The notes under the pieces are model-generated. The model ran no database searches. It saw only the letters and a program-made list of their open reading frames with translations, and had not been told where the DNA came from. A stretch of 64,000 nucleotides of DNA from Hydrolagus affinis. Taxonomy: Eukaryota. How positions within the stretch are numbered: position 1 is the stretch's first letter; every line of letters begins with the position of its first letter. The stretch covers positions 1 through 64,000 of the forward strand of contig JAAILG010000796.1 of the NCBI GenBank assembly GCA_012026655.1. The letters run 5' to 3'. This document shows, piece by piece, positions 38,655-52,611 of this stretch. The translations under genes were made by a program, and so were the position numbers.

Positions 38655-38910
38655 AGGTGTTAAACCAAAGTCCTGTCTGCCTGTCGAGTGGATGTAGTCG
38701 ATCCTACGGATCTATTTTTAAAAATCCTCAGGGTTTCCTGGCCAACAATCCCCCAAATAAAATTGATCATTCATTTAGTAGCTGTTTGTCCGTCATTTGC
38801 TGTGTGCAAATTGGCTGTCGAGTTCCCAACAAAAATCATAATCCATCCCATGTAGCCCTTTGAGTTCTGATATGAAAGGCGCTGTATGAAATGTGATGAT
38901 GATTATTATA
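38655..38910 (+). mobile_element. DeuSINE-type SINE, 5'-truncated
   Basis: gttaaaccaaagtcctgtctgcctgtcgagtggatgtag core and gctgtgtgcaaattggctg. Confidence 0.7.
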
Positions 38911-40492
38911 TCATATGATTATTCTCTTTTTATGCCAAACATTAATGGAAAGACCTCAATTGTGTGTGCATAATGTGACTGGCAAGTAGATTATCTGTGA
39001 AGTAGCATTTCATGCAACATTGAGTTTTAAATATTCAAATTAATGATTTATTGATGCAGTGGTTGTCATTGAGCAAGCCTCAGCCAATGGTTGCAAGTCA
39101 GGGGTGCTGGAGAGAGGAAAATTACCATGTGGATTTAATGGAAAGGATTTTGGGGAGCGAGAATTGATCATATGTGGCCAAAATAATTATTGGAAAGGGA
39201 ATCTAATGGGCCGTCTGCATGTCCCTCGTCCCCTCCATCCTACCATCAACAAGTTTTCAGACACGATATCTCTGCTCCATGCAACTTTCTCTTCAGATGC
39301 CTTTTCGTTGCCCCCTTACTCTTTGCCTTCACAACAGGGCCTAAATATCCACTTACAATCAACATCCTTCTTATCACTTCACCATACTCAGTGACCCGCA
39401 TCGTCCTTGTAAAGCATTGTATAATCTTGTCCTACAGGAAATGGAATGGCTAAGTGCACATTGCTATGTGAGTGATTGCCTCGAGCTCCCTGGTAATGGG
39501 CTGCTGCGATGGGACGTTTGACTTTTGCATCCCACCTTTTTTCTCAGTTGCTTGAGCAGGTAGGTACCTTAGGAGAAAATACACACAAGAGTATCGCTGT
39601 ACAGTTGTGTTGGAATTGTTTCTGTGATGAAGCATCAGTTACCAGGACTCTGATATATTTTTTGGATGTTGGAACCCACAGGGTGAGAAAACACAATCAC
39701 CTCTGCACCCTGAAGGGAACTTGTTTTTGCTCTTCCGACCCAATCTGTGGGATTGCAGGCACTGGCCACCAACCGGTGCCTTTGCCAATGTGCTCCAAGT
39801 GGAATGCAGCAGACAGTATTGAATTATGCGCCTTTGAGCAGCACCAAGTCCAAACTCTGCATCCTGCACTGCTGGCTGTGTTACTGACTTGTTTCTTGTG
39901 AAGAAGCGCGCAGGAGTGCAGCAGAACAAAGGAGGCTTCTCTGTTTTATTTCTTTTTGAAGGGAAAAGAACACAAAATTCTTTGAACATCATCCAAATGT
40001 TTTCTTTTCTTCTCTCTCTCGAGCAATCGAGCAACCGAGAGAGCGAGGAGAAATTCTCTTCACAGTGAGAAGTGTCATAGGTGGGAAAAGGCTGATGCTT
40101 TGTCATTTCATGGTTTTCTCTCCATGAAATTCTATGTAACAATGAGACAATCTGCTCATTAATTTGAAATGAAGGGTACATTAGGATGAAGATGGGAGTA
40201 TAATCCACAACAAAGCAGGGAAACTTTGCCTCTGTATGCACCTGAATCACAAGGCAGTTAGAACCGAAAAATAGTAAAACCATCTAAAAATGGTCTGGAA
40301 ATCAATAATAAAGTTGCATAAAATTTAGTGTTAAAAAAACACTGCAGCTGATCTGTACAAGCAAAGCCTTGGAACAATGAGTGGCATTAACATTGAGGAA
40401 GAGAAATAAAAACATTTAGCCAACTGTTTGCTCATTGGGCTGAAAGGTATCCACTTGCGTTGCATTTAAACAAACCCCTTGCTCCATTTTGT

Positions 40493-40818
40493 GAAGTCCT
40501 GTAGCCCAGTGGTTAGAGCACTCGCCCTACAAGTGTGAGACCTGTGTTCGAATCCAGGCAGGTCAGAGTAAAGTCTTAGACAAGTTTCCTTACTCCACAC
40601 GCCTAATAATAATCCCTCCAAAAAAAACAACAATTATAAAAAAAAGGTCATTTAAATCCACAACTGTTTGTGGGATAATGCTGTGCGCAATTGGCTGCTG
40701 CGTTTCTCCTGCAAATATATAGTCAATTCGCTTTACAGTATATTCTGTGAAGCGCTTTGAGACATTTAGAAGGTGTGAAAAGCGCTATATCAAATACAAG
40801 GATTATTATATTATTATT
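40493..40818 (+). mobile_element. Full-length tRNA-derived SINE (short subfamily)
   Basis: Boxes A and B and an (att)n tail. Confidence 0.92.
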
Positions 40819-41831
40819 TTATGTTCACACCTTCATGCCTGCCTTGGACTTTGTTCGCACACCGCAGTCAATATGCAATGCAAAATGCAAAGATAATTGA
40901 ATTGCATTTCAATAAAGAATTTGCCCCTGGCAACAGCTATATATTATATATGTACATATATATGATACATGTATCCAGGATATAGATATAAGATACAGAC
41001 AAATCATACTCAGTGGGCCGAATGACCTCCTTCTGTACTGTAAATCCCTATGATGCTATTCCATCATAGCATTGGTCTGTTTTTTAAATGAGTCCAGTGA
41101 CCTGGTTTCAATCATCTTCCTCGTAATCTGTTCAAGTCATTAATTAGCCTTCAGTTCATGGTGCTGAGTTCCATGGTGATGTACCCAGCAGAAAGAAATA
41201 TTTCCATCAGACTCCATGATGACTTTGCAGTTACATGAAGCTTTATATCGTTCCTCAGTTACTTTGTTCAGCCTCTCAGCCACAAATCACATGGTCTGGC
41301 CCAGGAAGCACAGGAAGAGAGTGAAGGAGCTGGGAATCAGCAGGCACGAGGGATCTTGGCAGTTCTGGGTGCTTTCTTAGAGGAGTTTTGCTTGTTCGAC
41401 TGCTGTGTAGTTTCCTACAGAACAAAATACTTCCATCTCACGTAACTCCAACTCATTTAAATTCTAATCCAGGAGCTCGCTACAAACCGAGTGTTCCGAG
41501 CTTCCTCCACTCTGCCCTTCATCAGCACAGATGGGAATTGAATCATCCCACGAATAAGTGAAGTCCTTTTGTTGCATGTCTTGCTGGGTGGAGCTTTATC
41601 TTACCTCACTCCGTATGGGAGGTTACATTGAGGAATCCCTCATTGTCTCTGGTATCACATGATCAACGCCTTCCATGTCCTCTTTATACTGACTCGTTCA
41701 CGAGAAGGACAAGACATCCATGAGACAGAGCCACTGCTTTCCAGTGAGTGTTGGAAACGTGGATGTGATAGATGATGCCTTCATGATAAATATATCGACC
41801 ACAATTCATAATCAATAAAGTGAACGGTAAA

Positions 41832-42252
41832 TTAGCCTGGCTCAGTTGGTACCAGTCTCACTCTGAGTCAGAAAGTTTTGGGTTCAAGCCCCACGTCAGG
41901 ACTTTCAGCTCACATTCCAGGATGAAATTCTAATGCAGTACTGAGCAAAACGCTGCATTATCGGAGATGCCGATATTTGGTTGAGACATTGAACAGAGGT
42001 CCTACCTGAAAGATCAGGTGGATTTAAAAGTTTCCATACCATTGTTTGAAAGAAGAATGGAGTTGCTCCCGATGTCTTAGCTGATAATCCCCCCAATAAA
42101 ATTGGTTGTTCACGTCATGACTCTTTATGGGACATTGCTGTGTGCAAGTTAGCTGACGCCATCACTGAAAAACACACTGCACTCAATAGTCAATCCTGTG
42201 AAGCACTTTGAGACATTGTCCTGATGTGAAAGACATTAAAGCAAATGCATTA
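41832..42252 (+). mobile_element. Near full-length DeuSINE-type SINE (SacSINE1/AmnSINE1-like)
   Basis: tRNA head tggctcagttggt..gggttcaagccc, core tgcattatcggagatgccg..gagacattgaacagagg..caggtgga..gaagaagaatggagtt, and L2-type tail. Confidence 0.8.
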
Positions 42253-42291
42253 ATTATTCGCTGTCCCTGTGTTACTTTTATGAGGGAACAT

Positions 42292-43110
42292 CAACAACTT
42301 GCACTTATATAGCACTCTCCATGCAGGGTAGCTTCTCAGAGAGCTTAACCGTGGCGGAACCTGACTCTGAGTCGGGGGGAAAGGTGACCGTAAGCATGGT
42401 CGAAAAGGAAGGTTTTCATGCGGGACTTGAAAAAGGGGAGGAGGGGGCAAGGTGCAAAGATTGAGTGAGAGTGTTCCAGAGTTTTGGGGCATAATGGCTG
42501 AATGTGTGACCTCCAATGATGGCACGGAGGACGTGAGGGATGAGCAGGAGACTGTTGTCAGTTGAGCGGAGGCGCTGGGTGGTAGATTGGGGAGTGAGGA
42601 GGTCGGAGAGGTAGGGAGATGTGAGGGTGTGAAGGGATATGAACACGGGTGTGATGGTCGTGAAGTTAATCTGTTCAGCGATGGGGAGCCAGTGGAGCTT
42701 GGCCAGAACTGGTGAGATGAAGATACAGAGTTTTGGTTCAGGCAAGTATTTTGGCAGCAGAGTTCTGAATCAGCTGGGGAGGCAGATGAGCATCGTGTTT
42801 GAGTAATCCAGGAGGGAGGTGACAAACATATGAATGAGGGTTTTGGTTTCATATGGGGTAAGGTACGGTCAGAGGCGGGCAATGTGGTGGAGGTGGAGGG
42901 AGGTGGTCCTGGTCAGAGACCGGATGTGGGGAAGTAAGGATAGCTGGGGGTCGAACCTGATTCCAAGATTGTGCACTGGTTCGGTGAGTGTGAGAAAGAG
43001 CCCGGCCAGGGTGGTGGAGGAGTCCAGATCTACAGGAGTAAAGGCATTGATGGGAGCCAAGGAGTAGGGATTCCGTCTGTCCACATTCAGCTGTGGGAAT
43101 GCAGGAAGAG
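42292..43110 (-). mobile_element. L2 LINE 3' fragment
   Basis: VHNLGIRFDPQLSLLPHIRSLTRT and ISPVLAKLHWLPIAEQINF..APKLWNTL. Confidence 0.9.
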
Positions 43111-44299
43111 AATGATGGTTCGTCCTGCAGCTCTGTGCACTTACTGAGTTACAGGCCAATGGACTCACCAGGAGATAAGCTTTGTTCTTTAATTTGTCAA
43201 GGGATTTGAAACACATGTTTGGTAATGAGAAAGGAATAGACCTCTAGTTACTCTTGGCATGTTCTTTATTCTGCTAGAGTTCATATTGTCCAGAAATGAT
43301 CTTTGTCAGGACAGCTTCTTGAAGAATGATGATTTTGCAATGCTCCCTGATGTTGTGGGGATTTGACGTTAAAAAGATTTGAATAATTCTGCATTGATTT
43401 CAATTTGATTCCAACACTGACTGGTTGTTAGTTGACTGGCTGCTCCCTTGTGGTTGGTGTGTATGTAAATGCATATGGATCTAAGCTCTTCAGGGATAGA
43501 CTGCAGACACCGGGCACATGGTGGAATGGTGTAATTAATGGGACATGGTTATTGTAGCTTATCAAATCAAGGGCCGAAATGATGCTCGCACTAGAAATGA
43601 AAGGCAGCAAGAGACTTGTTAGAGAGCAGCAGCAAAGGCTGGATGGCTGCTGTCTGCGTGGAGAATATGGCAGCGAATATGCATGACTGTGTCTGTCTGC
43701 CTGCTGACTCTGTTCGTTTGCACAGTCTAATCCGGCAGAAAGGAGAGGGAACATTGATCTCTAATAATATTTGAATAGCAAAAGAGGAAACGAATAGAGA
43801 CTATTATTCCAAGAGCTGATGTCATTAATTGTTCACAAAAAGAGATGAGCTGACCATTTGGTCTGTTTGGTTTCCTCTATCCACTGGTGAACAATATTTC
43901 TTGAACCTTCCATGACATACTGTTTCATTTTCAGCCTTGCAGAGGGGCTGTGTAAACAATTTTATTTTATGGGCGTTCTGTTTTTGCTTTGTGTTCCTGC
44001 AGCTCAGCAGCTACAGGCGCAATAATGCTGGATAAACCATTCCTAAAAAAGTAGTCAGTTTGCATTATCCTGTGTCTCACAATGCTAAAACCTTGCTGGG
44101 AAACTGTCGATTTTATAGTGGTGTCAAACTTCAGTTAAAAGTAAATTTACGTACTTATAAATGGCTGAAGTGAACGCAGTTAACAACATTTAAATGTGCT
44201 TTATCAGCTTCTGTAAATGGGGGCCTGTGCGGTCATCTCTTTCTCTCCCCCTCCTCCTCACTCCCTCTCCCCACCCCATCCCTGTATTGTACACAAAAC

Positions 44300-44601
44300 A
44301 GTCCTAGCTGACACTCAAATGTGTGCTGGAGGAAAGCTGCATTGTCAGAGGTGCTGTCCTTCGAATAAGACTTTAAACCGAAATCACATCTGCCTGTTCA
44401 GCTGGACATTAAAAATTTTACTTGAAAAATAGAAAGGAGTTTCGCCCAGTATCCTAGCCACCGTTCTCTTGGATGGCATTGATTATTCACTTTATTAGCT
44501 GTTTAGAAACTGTGTACAAATTGGCTCACGCTTTCACCTACAAAATACACTTACACTAAATCCTGTGAAGAACTTTGAGATGTCCTCCCGATGTGAAAGG
44601 C
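44300..44601 (+). mobile_element. DeuSINE-type SINE
   Basis: tgcattgtcagaggtgctgtccttcgaataagactttaaaccga core. Confidence 0.75.
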
Positions 44602-45140
44602 CTGTATTGTAATGGTGGAGCTAGGATTCCCAGGTCACAGGTGGGAGAGTCCAGCTTCCCATTGACTCAGGTGAACAGTCATCAGATGCCTTTTCCATAT
44701 GAGTCTCCATTAATAACCCTGTGACTTTGCTGGAGAAATCGAGTGTTTCAATCTCGTGCAGTTCTGCGAGCAGAGCAGAAGATTTGCTTTACATTCACTG
44801 ATGTAAATAAAACCAAGTGAGCAGGAACCTTATTCATCATTGTTGAGCTGCACAGCTCCAGCAAGGCAGAAGGAAAAAGTTAATGGCAGATCAGGTTGGC
44901 TGAGCTGTCTTCCTAAAAGCTTTTCAGCATAAATCACTGGATATTAGTCAAAACTTAAGCAACCCTGAAGATCAAATGAGCCTGTGCTCTGGGGATTGAA
45001 GTCATCCTCTGGACCCTGACAATGTGTCACTGCTCTGTAATTTCTTCATAACCATCAAGAGCAGGCTCTGAGATACCTTACCTTGTTCACTGGTGACACT
45101 TATAGACCATTTGAAGGACAATTTATTATTTATTTTATAG

Positions 45141-45194
45141 ATCATCCCTTTTGAGTTGAGCCATAATTTGGGCCTCAGCTGCCTTGCGATTGAG
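45141..45194 (+). other. Candidate 54-nt (probably non-coding) exon
   Basis: Acceptor tttattttatag (ends 45140) and donor GAG|gtgggt at 45195; splice signals only. Confidence 0.25.
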
Positions 45195-46622
45195 GTGGGT
45201 ATGAATCCCCTGCTTTCACTGTTTGTGACTGAAGTGGTGCTTTGCTCGGGGATTCCTAGGGGATTTCCTCTCCAAACTTACATCCCCAAAGAATTTATCA
45301 TGAATTGGCTTTTCACCCCACTGTCCATGGGATGTGTTTGGCGCTAATTGACTTTTGCGTTTGCCTTCCAGAACAATATTGACTTGGTTTCTAACTGATC
45401 TCATTCTGTGAGACGTTGAGAGTAAAGTTCTTTGAGATGTTTCTTTGTAGGACGTCCTCCCGACGTGAAAGCTGTGGTTAGAATCATTGCTCCAAACTGC
45501 AGCCTGGTGTCCCTGAATTCTCAAATCCAGATATTTTCTTTTTCATGTAAAGTGAACCAAATTGTGTTAGAGTTTATCTGTCTCTTTGTCTGTAATTGGA
45601 AAATGCTTTGGGTAATAGATTCCTTTCTGTAATGCTGGGCTTTAGCTTAACTAAAAGCTATTTAGTTAAAATTTAGACTATTTAGGCCTGTCAGCTATAG
45701 CATTGTTGCTGAGCATTCAGCTTTCAGACCTCCACCAATAATAAACTGGGATCAATACTTGTACCAAGACAGTGGAATAAGAGGCTGTGGTTGCGAGTTG
45801 TAAAGGATAGTTTCAGGACAGATGACAGGAAACATTTCTTCACTGGCGGGAGTGCATTGCATTGTTGGAGGTGCCGTCTTTCTGATCAAACATTAAACCG
45901 AGTTGCTGTCTGATTGATCAGGCGGATAGTTTGATAGTTTTTCCCAGTGTTGTGACAATCCACTGTCAAAATCAGTTAATTGCTTCATGGTAGTATGGGG
46001 CCATTTGGGATCATCCGAGGTGCTCTCCCCTACACTGCTTCTACAAAGCGTTTTAAATGTGTTTCATCCACAAAATATATAGTCAATTCACTTTACAATA
46101 TATTTTGTGAAGCTCTTTGAGAGATCTTGAAGACGTGATAAGGCACTATATCAAATGCAAGATTTATTATTATTATTCTTGTTATTATCATTCTGAAAAG
46201 AAACTGAATCCTTTCTTTTGTGCAAGAGAAAGTGTTTGCTGTATTATTGAAGTTCATCGATAAGTTATAAGTATAGGATTTGGTTTCTTGGCAACAAATC
46301 TGAGAGCAGTCAGCTATTGCACAGCATAACAAATGGGACTTTGCTGTGCAGTTACAGGTGGTAGAAGAGTTGATTCTTGCTCTGTGTTTTTTTGAATTAA
46401 CATTCTCTCTGCACGTGATGGTATTTGTTGGTTGAATAGTCAGTAAAAACCAAACAACAGCATCTACTTATTTCCCCCAATCCACTTGTCACTTTATTGG
46501 CTTATTTCCAGTTGACTCGATGACTTTTGAGTATCCTGGATTGAGTTTTCACACCTTGGTTGGTGTGAGTTCACTGTGTTGGCCCAGGTTGGAGTGTGAC
46601 ACAATGATCATGTTGTATTGTA

Positions 46623-46980
46623 CAGTAAAACCTCGATAAGACCACTCACCTCCTGGATTTTGCCAGTATTTAGAAACCTACCTAGAAATGGCTGGGGAAG
46701 CTTCGCCCATACACCATGTGTGCTGGGCATTTGGCTCAGTGAGTTTTATAATCCATCAGGATGTACATGATAAGCAACTACAAGCAGCTGTCCCAAACTT
46801 CAGGAGATTTGCAGGAAATCAGAAAAAATTTAATACTGTTATATTTTGAAATCTTAATACTGTAATAATAATAATCCTTGCATTTGATAGAGCGTGTTTC
46901 ACATCTTATCGATATCTCAAACATTGCCAGTTTTAGGGAGTTGCCAGCTATCAGAATGTCAGATTATCGAAATTTTACTG
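46623..46980. mobile_element. pogo/Tigger-like MITE
   Basis: TA at 46621-46622 and 46981-46982; TIRs cagtaaaacctcgataa / ttatcgaaattttactg (15/17); contains a SINE tail fragment at 46863-46921. Confidence 0.8.
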
Positions 46981-49710
46981 TATGTTGAGTTGTTTGATGC
47001 CTGACCAGTGCTTTATTTGGATAGTGTGGTGATTGTGTTGCACTACCTCTATAAATACAGAAACTATTTACCGGCTCCCCGCATTCAACAAATCACTTCT
47101 TGTACACTATTATTTTTATTATTATTATTCTCCCACAAATATACAGTAAATGTTCCTACTTTCCTTCCCCCAACCACGACCCCTTCCCCTTGCTCTGGTC
47201 TCTACGTCTTTTCCCCCCTTCCCTCTTTTCTTCTCCCTCCCCTGACTCCTCCCTCCCTGCTCTGGTCCCTGCCTTGGGACGTTGTTGTATTCTGTGAAGC
47301 GCTTTGAGATGTCGATAAGATGTGAAAAGCGCTATAAAAATGTAAGGATTATTATTATTAGTAGTATTATATTTGCGACCGTGACTGTAACAGCCAATGT
47401 ACCAGGCTGTTAATGAGGTTATTGTGTACATCATGATGGATTATAAAACTCACTGAGCCAAATGCCCAGTCCATTATGCCTTACAGCAAAGCTTTCCTTG
47501 AATGCAGAGGCTAGTCAGCATAAAGTACAGCATATTGTGTCACAATTGAACCACCCGGGCGCACCTAATTATGTCGTCGAGACATGTCAAAGCACTTCAC
47601 AGCAAATACTGTAAAGTGATGTGTATTTTGTTGAGCAATAATGGAGCAAAGAAGAGCTATAGTGGGACAATCTAACAATGGGGTGGATGAGACGACAACG
47701 CATTTCAACTGGACCCCACTCTGGGTTGAGGAAGGACATTGGCTTTTCTTGTGAAAAAGTGGGGAGTGGTTGTTTGTGGGACATTGCTGTGTGCAAATTT
47801 CCTGCTGCTTTCATCCACAAAACACCATGCAGTGTATCCCGTGAATCACTTTGGGTTGTTTCGATGGCATAAGGTACTATATTTAAAAACAAGGATTATA
47901 TTTCATTATTATAGAATTAACACATAGCAGCAACAACCTGTGCTAATATAGTGCCCTAATCATGCCTCGGAGCGCTTCACAGGACAGTGGTCAGACACTG
48001 AGCAAAGGAAGTACATTCTTCATCCACTCCACAAGTAGGTTTCAGTGAAGAGAAAGGCAACACAATTGCTTTCAGACTGGGAAATACTATAGAAGCCAAG
48101 ACAAATGGGTTAATTTGACTCCCAATTGCTCCTGTGAGATTTAACTGGTGTGTGTGGACTTTCAGTTAGAACCAGAGCTGTCACAGAGTGTGGAGTCAGA
48201 AATTCAACATATGCCCTCATCGACTATAAGGTTTAGATCATTCAAGCCTTTGTTGCCCAGGCGGCCTTGTACAGTAGTTAATTCAGACAGACTAGTGAAA
48301 TTGTAAGCTTCTGCAAGCCTGGAATGACGTTTCCTCCTCTGGAATGCTTCATGCTATAGATTAATGGTTTAAACAGCTGATCTGCAGTCTTGCTGACTCA
48401 GCCTACAGTTTGAAGGGGGAAAACAGCTCAATGATATCTCAAAAATTGCTGCCAATATCTAGCCCTCAGTATAATGCAGCAATTATTAAATTGATCATGG
48501 TGTCCAGACCACTGGATCAGTTCCTGGGTTTTATTTAGAGGAGATTGTTTTTGTTCAGCCAGGTGTTTGGCACATGCAGAAACCCATCACTGAAGGTATC
48601 CAAAGCAAACTAAGATAAGAGTTCCACCATGTCACCTACACATGGAAATTCCCATATGTGCTGAAGGTTGGGCGAACTGCTCGGAAGGACCATTAATTCT
48701 GATCTGTGCTGTCACAGTTTGTAGCCCAGTGAATTTCCAGCAATTTTTGTTCTCCCAGCGTTTGACATACGTAAAGAAAATGAGGGATGATAACGATCCT
48801 TCCATTTGATGCAGCATCTATCATGTTGAAATGTCTCAAAAGCACTGTCTATAATAGTGACTGCATTGCAGGCAAATGGATGTTTGTGTAAGCTATTTAT
48901 AGAAACTGCAAATCACCATCTGAAGTTGTATCAGATCTGTATTTTTGAATTGAGGCAAATAGATTTTCCAGTGATTTACACCTTATTGTGACCCTGCTGT
49001 TACGAGCATTTATTATTGTTATATAAATCATTATGAAGTGTATTAGGGGTGAGGGATGAGAGTGAATCTCCGAGTAAATTTCTGAGGTTTGAAATAAAGA
49101 TTGGTTACAAATGTGATATTATCTTTGAGGCCAAAGGTTTTTTCCTTTCTTTCCCCTGCCACTATGCATTTTACTTTAGACTTTTTTCCTCCCCTTATCC
49201 CTGTTTTCCTATTGCAGTGAAGTGACACTGTTTCTCTGACCACACATGGCAACTGCCTTCCATTACCTTGTTCACATGGCTACATGTGAGACAGGATCTG
49301 AATGGGTTTAAGGATATTTAACTAAAGGAAGCCATAAAGTTGGGCTCAGTTGCCATGCTCCAGTATGTTTCTCAATGGTCAGAGAGGGGAAGGAGCTTGG
49401 AGAGGGATAGGGTGAAATGAATAGAGAGAGGGGAATGGAGTCAGAGGTTTGGGTGTGTGATGATTATGGTGAGAAAATGTTGGCAGGATTGGAGCAATAT
49501 CAACAACAACAAAAATTGGACTCATAGTGCCCGTTAACGAATGGAGGATGTCCCAGAGGATAGAATAGAGGAAGAGTAGTTTGTAGAGGTGACCACCAGA
49601 ACATTCTTGTTGTTCTTTCTTGAGCAAGTATGAGGAAATCTGGAATCACGTAGCCCAAATATATTGCCACTTTTTTTTTTTTTAAAAAAGCCATGCAAGC
49701 CATCGTCAGA

Positions 49711-49845
49711 CAAATACTGCAGATGCTGTAAATATTATATAAAAACATGAGTCACTAGGACAATGAGCAGGTAGGTCAGGCATTATCTATGAAGAGAGGA
49801 AAGTGGGTTAAGGTTTTAGGTTGACGACCTTTTGTCAGAACTGGG
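49711..49845 (-). mobile_element. Penelope-like terminal repeat, single arm
   Basis: Homologous to the 6398-6626 repeat (atactgcagatgctg..gcagg..tcaggca..). Confidence 0.55.
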
Positions 49846-51405
49846 GGATGTTGGCGGGGAGCAGTTAACAGGGACAAACAGAAAAGAGGTGGGAAAGAAA
49901 GAAAGACAAAAGGAAAACAATATATATTTCTTTGCATACAAACCATTGTGCTTTTCTACTAATAATTGTCAAATGCTGTGACTTTTTTTGTAATCGAGCA
50001 TTATGCAGCATGAACCTTCAACTCTCCGATCCTGTGGTGGGAGATCTCTGAGCTGTACCAAATGGGCAACTCATTGGTCCAATGTTCTTGCTGAAATAAA
50101 AAACTGCCAGACTTTTACTTTTATATGATCTCATTTGTAGCCAAAATTAAATTGGCTACAAATGAGGAACATTCTGTATTGTATTGCTGTGATTTACATT
50201 ACTAAAGATTTTTCTTGAAAAATTAGAGCAGATATAATAACATTGGGCTGAATTGTCCTCATCCATGTTCTGAATTTGTTTATTTGTATTTATGTGCAAA
50301 ATCATGGAGAGAAAACACCAGTTTCTGAAGTGAGCCTCAAAGTAAAGGAGGAGAGTTCAGAGCCAGTCATCTCCTCCTCTTCCCTCCGCCCAAGCAAAGT
50401 CTAGGCTCTGCGAATGCAGTCCCTCTGAAATCACTAAGAGCATACTTTAGTCAGTGGGCTGCTCAGATTCTTGGTTACGTGATGTTCTTTTCTGAACTTC
50501 AAGCAGTGATTTTATGGCCAATGAATGTTTTGTCAATTGGTTTTGGAGTGGGACTCAAACTGAACAAAGCGATTCAGTGTAACTGATTATTTCTCAAAGC
50601 CAATCCCCAGCCTTCGCGATGAAGTACAGTTCATGAGAAAATGCCCTTCCAGGGCTCCAAATGCCTACCAACGCGATCTGATCTGACACTAAGCAATTAC
50701 AAATCGGGGCCTTGTCCCTGTGTGTCAAACTGACTTGGTTGGTCGCATTCAAATGTCATGTAGACTTTGAGCTCATTGGCTACTGTCGAAGGTGCTATAT
50801 TTTGGATGACACATTAACCCAAGCTCCTCTATCTGTTCAGGTGGACTTTAAAGATTCAGTGGCACTACTTCAAAATAGACTTCAATTACAAACAGATATT
50901 ACACCTTATTTGGAGGCATTTCTACAGTGTTCAGAATATGTACAGATATTTATTTTTCAAATGCGAGATATAAATAATTATAGTGTGGGTGGGGAACGAA
51001 CAAATTCCAAACTTGCTTATAAAATACTGACAGGCATGTTAAGCTACAATCTTCACACTGAACACTGTGTTGGCATTCAGATATGATGGGATGCATGGGT
51101 TGAGATTGCAATCGAGACATTTTGATTGAATGAAATTTGTGTGGTTGGTGCTCATCATCAGTAACTATTTTTTGCCGTAGTAACAACTGGTGGCGATGGA
51201 GATTTTAAATTGAAAAATAAATTGCTTTGGATGGGTCTTGAAATAGACTAATGGTATGCTCATTGATGTGCTCCCTGGGGGGGCATTCTTTGTTAATGTC
51301 ATTGGAGTGTATCTGCTTCAGTTCTTTATCAAATAAAGAGATATAGAGGCCCTCGTAGACTCCCCGTTATTCAGGATTTTGTTTTTGTATATTATCTTGG
51401 GAGAA

Positions 51406-51820
51406 GTCAGCCTGGTTCAGTTGTTAACACTCTCACCTCTCAATCGGATGATTATGAGTTCAAGCCCCACATCAGGACTTTAAGTTCATAGTTGGGGCTG
51501 ACAGGTCGAAGGAGCCCCTCTAAAGATAATCCGACCTAATCTGTCTGTTCATGTGGATGTTGAAAGATCCCATGGCAGTATTTAAAATTTTCTTACTTGG
51601 AATGAGATGGGTGTTTCTCCCCATGGCCCCCCCCGGCAATCCCTCAGATATAAAATTAGTCATTGCCTTCGATGCTGCTTGTGAAGCATTTACTGTGCAA
51701 ACATTGGCTGCAGCATTTGCCTACAAATACACAATCACTATCACTTTACAATAAGTCATATGAAGCACTCTGAGACGTTTCACTGTGATCAGGTGCTGCA
51801 TTAGATACATAGATGATTAT
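51406..51820 (+). mobile_element. DeuSINE-type SINE
   Basis: tRNA head gtcagcctggttcagttg..gagttcaagccccac and core gtggatgttgaaagatcccatggca. Confidence 0.75.
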
Positions 51821-52583
51821 TATGTTATTATGTGGGTGTTGCTGGCAGGGCTGATTGCCCAATCCTGGTTGCTGTAAGCAGGTGCTGAAGCCTTCTCTAA
51901 AACCTTTGCAGCTCTTGTAACATAATACCCTTTGTGGTAAAAGTGATGGTTTGGGAATTCCATGATTTTGATCCAGCAATGGCAAGGGAATGGCGATGTC
52001 TGTCCATAACAGTACAGTGAGTAATATGTAGAAAATCCGGGAAGTGGTGGTGTTCTCTTGGAAGGTGGAAGTCACAAGATCACATGAGACTATTTTCCTG
52101 GTTGCTTCCACTTTTCTAGCCCACCTGGTGGAGTCGTTAATTACTCTCCAAGGAAAGAGCAAAGATTGAATGCATAGTCTGCCCCTGGAAGGTAGTGGAG
52201 TTAACTGCTTCAGGTGCCAGCCTTTTCTCTTCCCCAACAGCTGCTTTGTATGTCAGCAAAGTGAAGATAGTACCAGGCCTTGTATTTGGATGCAAAGCAG
52301 AAGCGTTGGTCTTGTGGTTTCTTTGGGACTGTATTCCACTTGGCTTGTTTCATCTTGAAAATTTAAGAGTGTGTACAATTGTGGAAAATGATTAAATTCA
52401 GCACTAATTTGAAAGCTATTCTTTGAATAAAGGGTTTCCAAATTAAGAACAATTTAATTGTTTTTCTCAATTTTGTTCCTAATAGGCTAATACTAGGTGG
52501 AATTTCAGACCCTGTACACAGGCCCTTAAGGAGGTCCTTAACCACTGATGTTGTATTAACAGCCTTCTGTCGGTCTATTGTTC

Positions 52584-52611
52584 TGTCTGTCGGTCTGTCT
52601 GTCTGTCTGTC
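52584..52611. repeat. (TCTG)n microsatellite
   Basis: Seen directly. Confidence 0.85.

Noticed and set aside
39639-40283. Longest ORF in the track (214 aa, minus strand)
   Set aside because: No recognisable domain, it runs through a (GA)n tract, and there is no exon context; consistent with chance.
42250-42882. 210-aa Pro/Ser-rich ORF
   Set aside because: Off-frame reading of an L2 fragment; the same applies to 5875..6366.
45742-45843. Inverted similarity with 53655-53750
   Set aside because: Both look like fragments of one CR1 family (frame ..VKDSFRTDDRKHFFT), so not a local duplication.
46863-46921. Inverted similarity with 47302-47360 as an additional capture by the MITE
   Set aside because: Both are tails of the abundant SINE and differ at several positions; independent insertion is sufficient.
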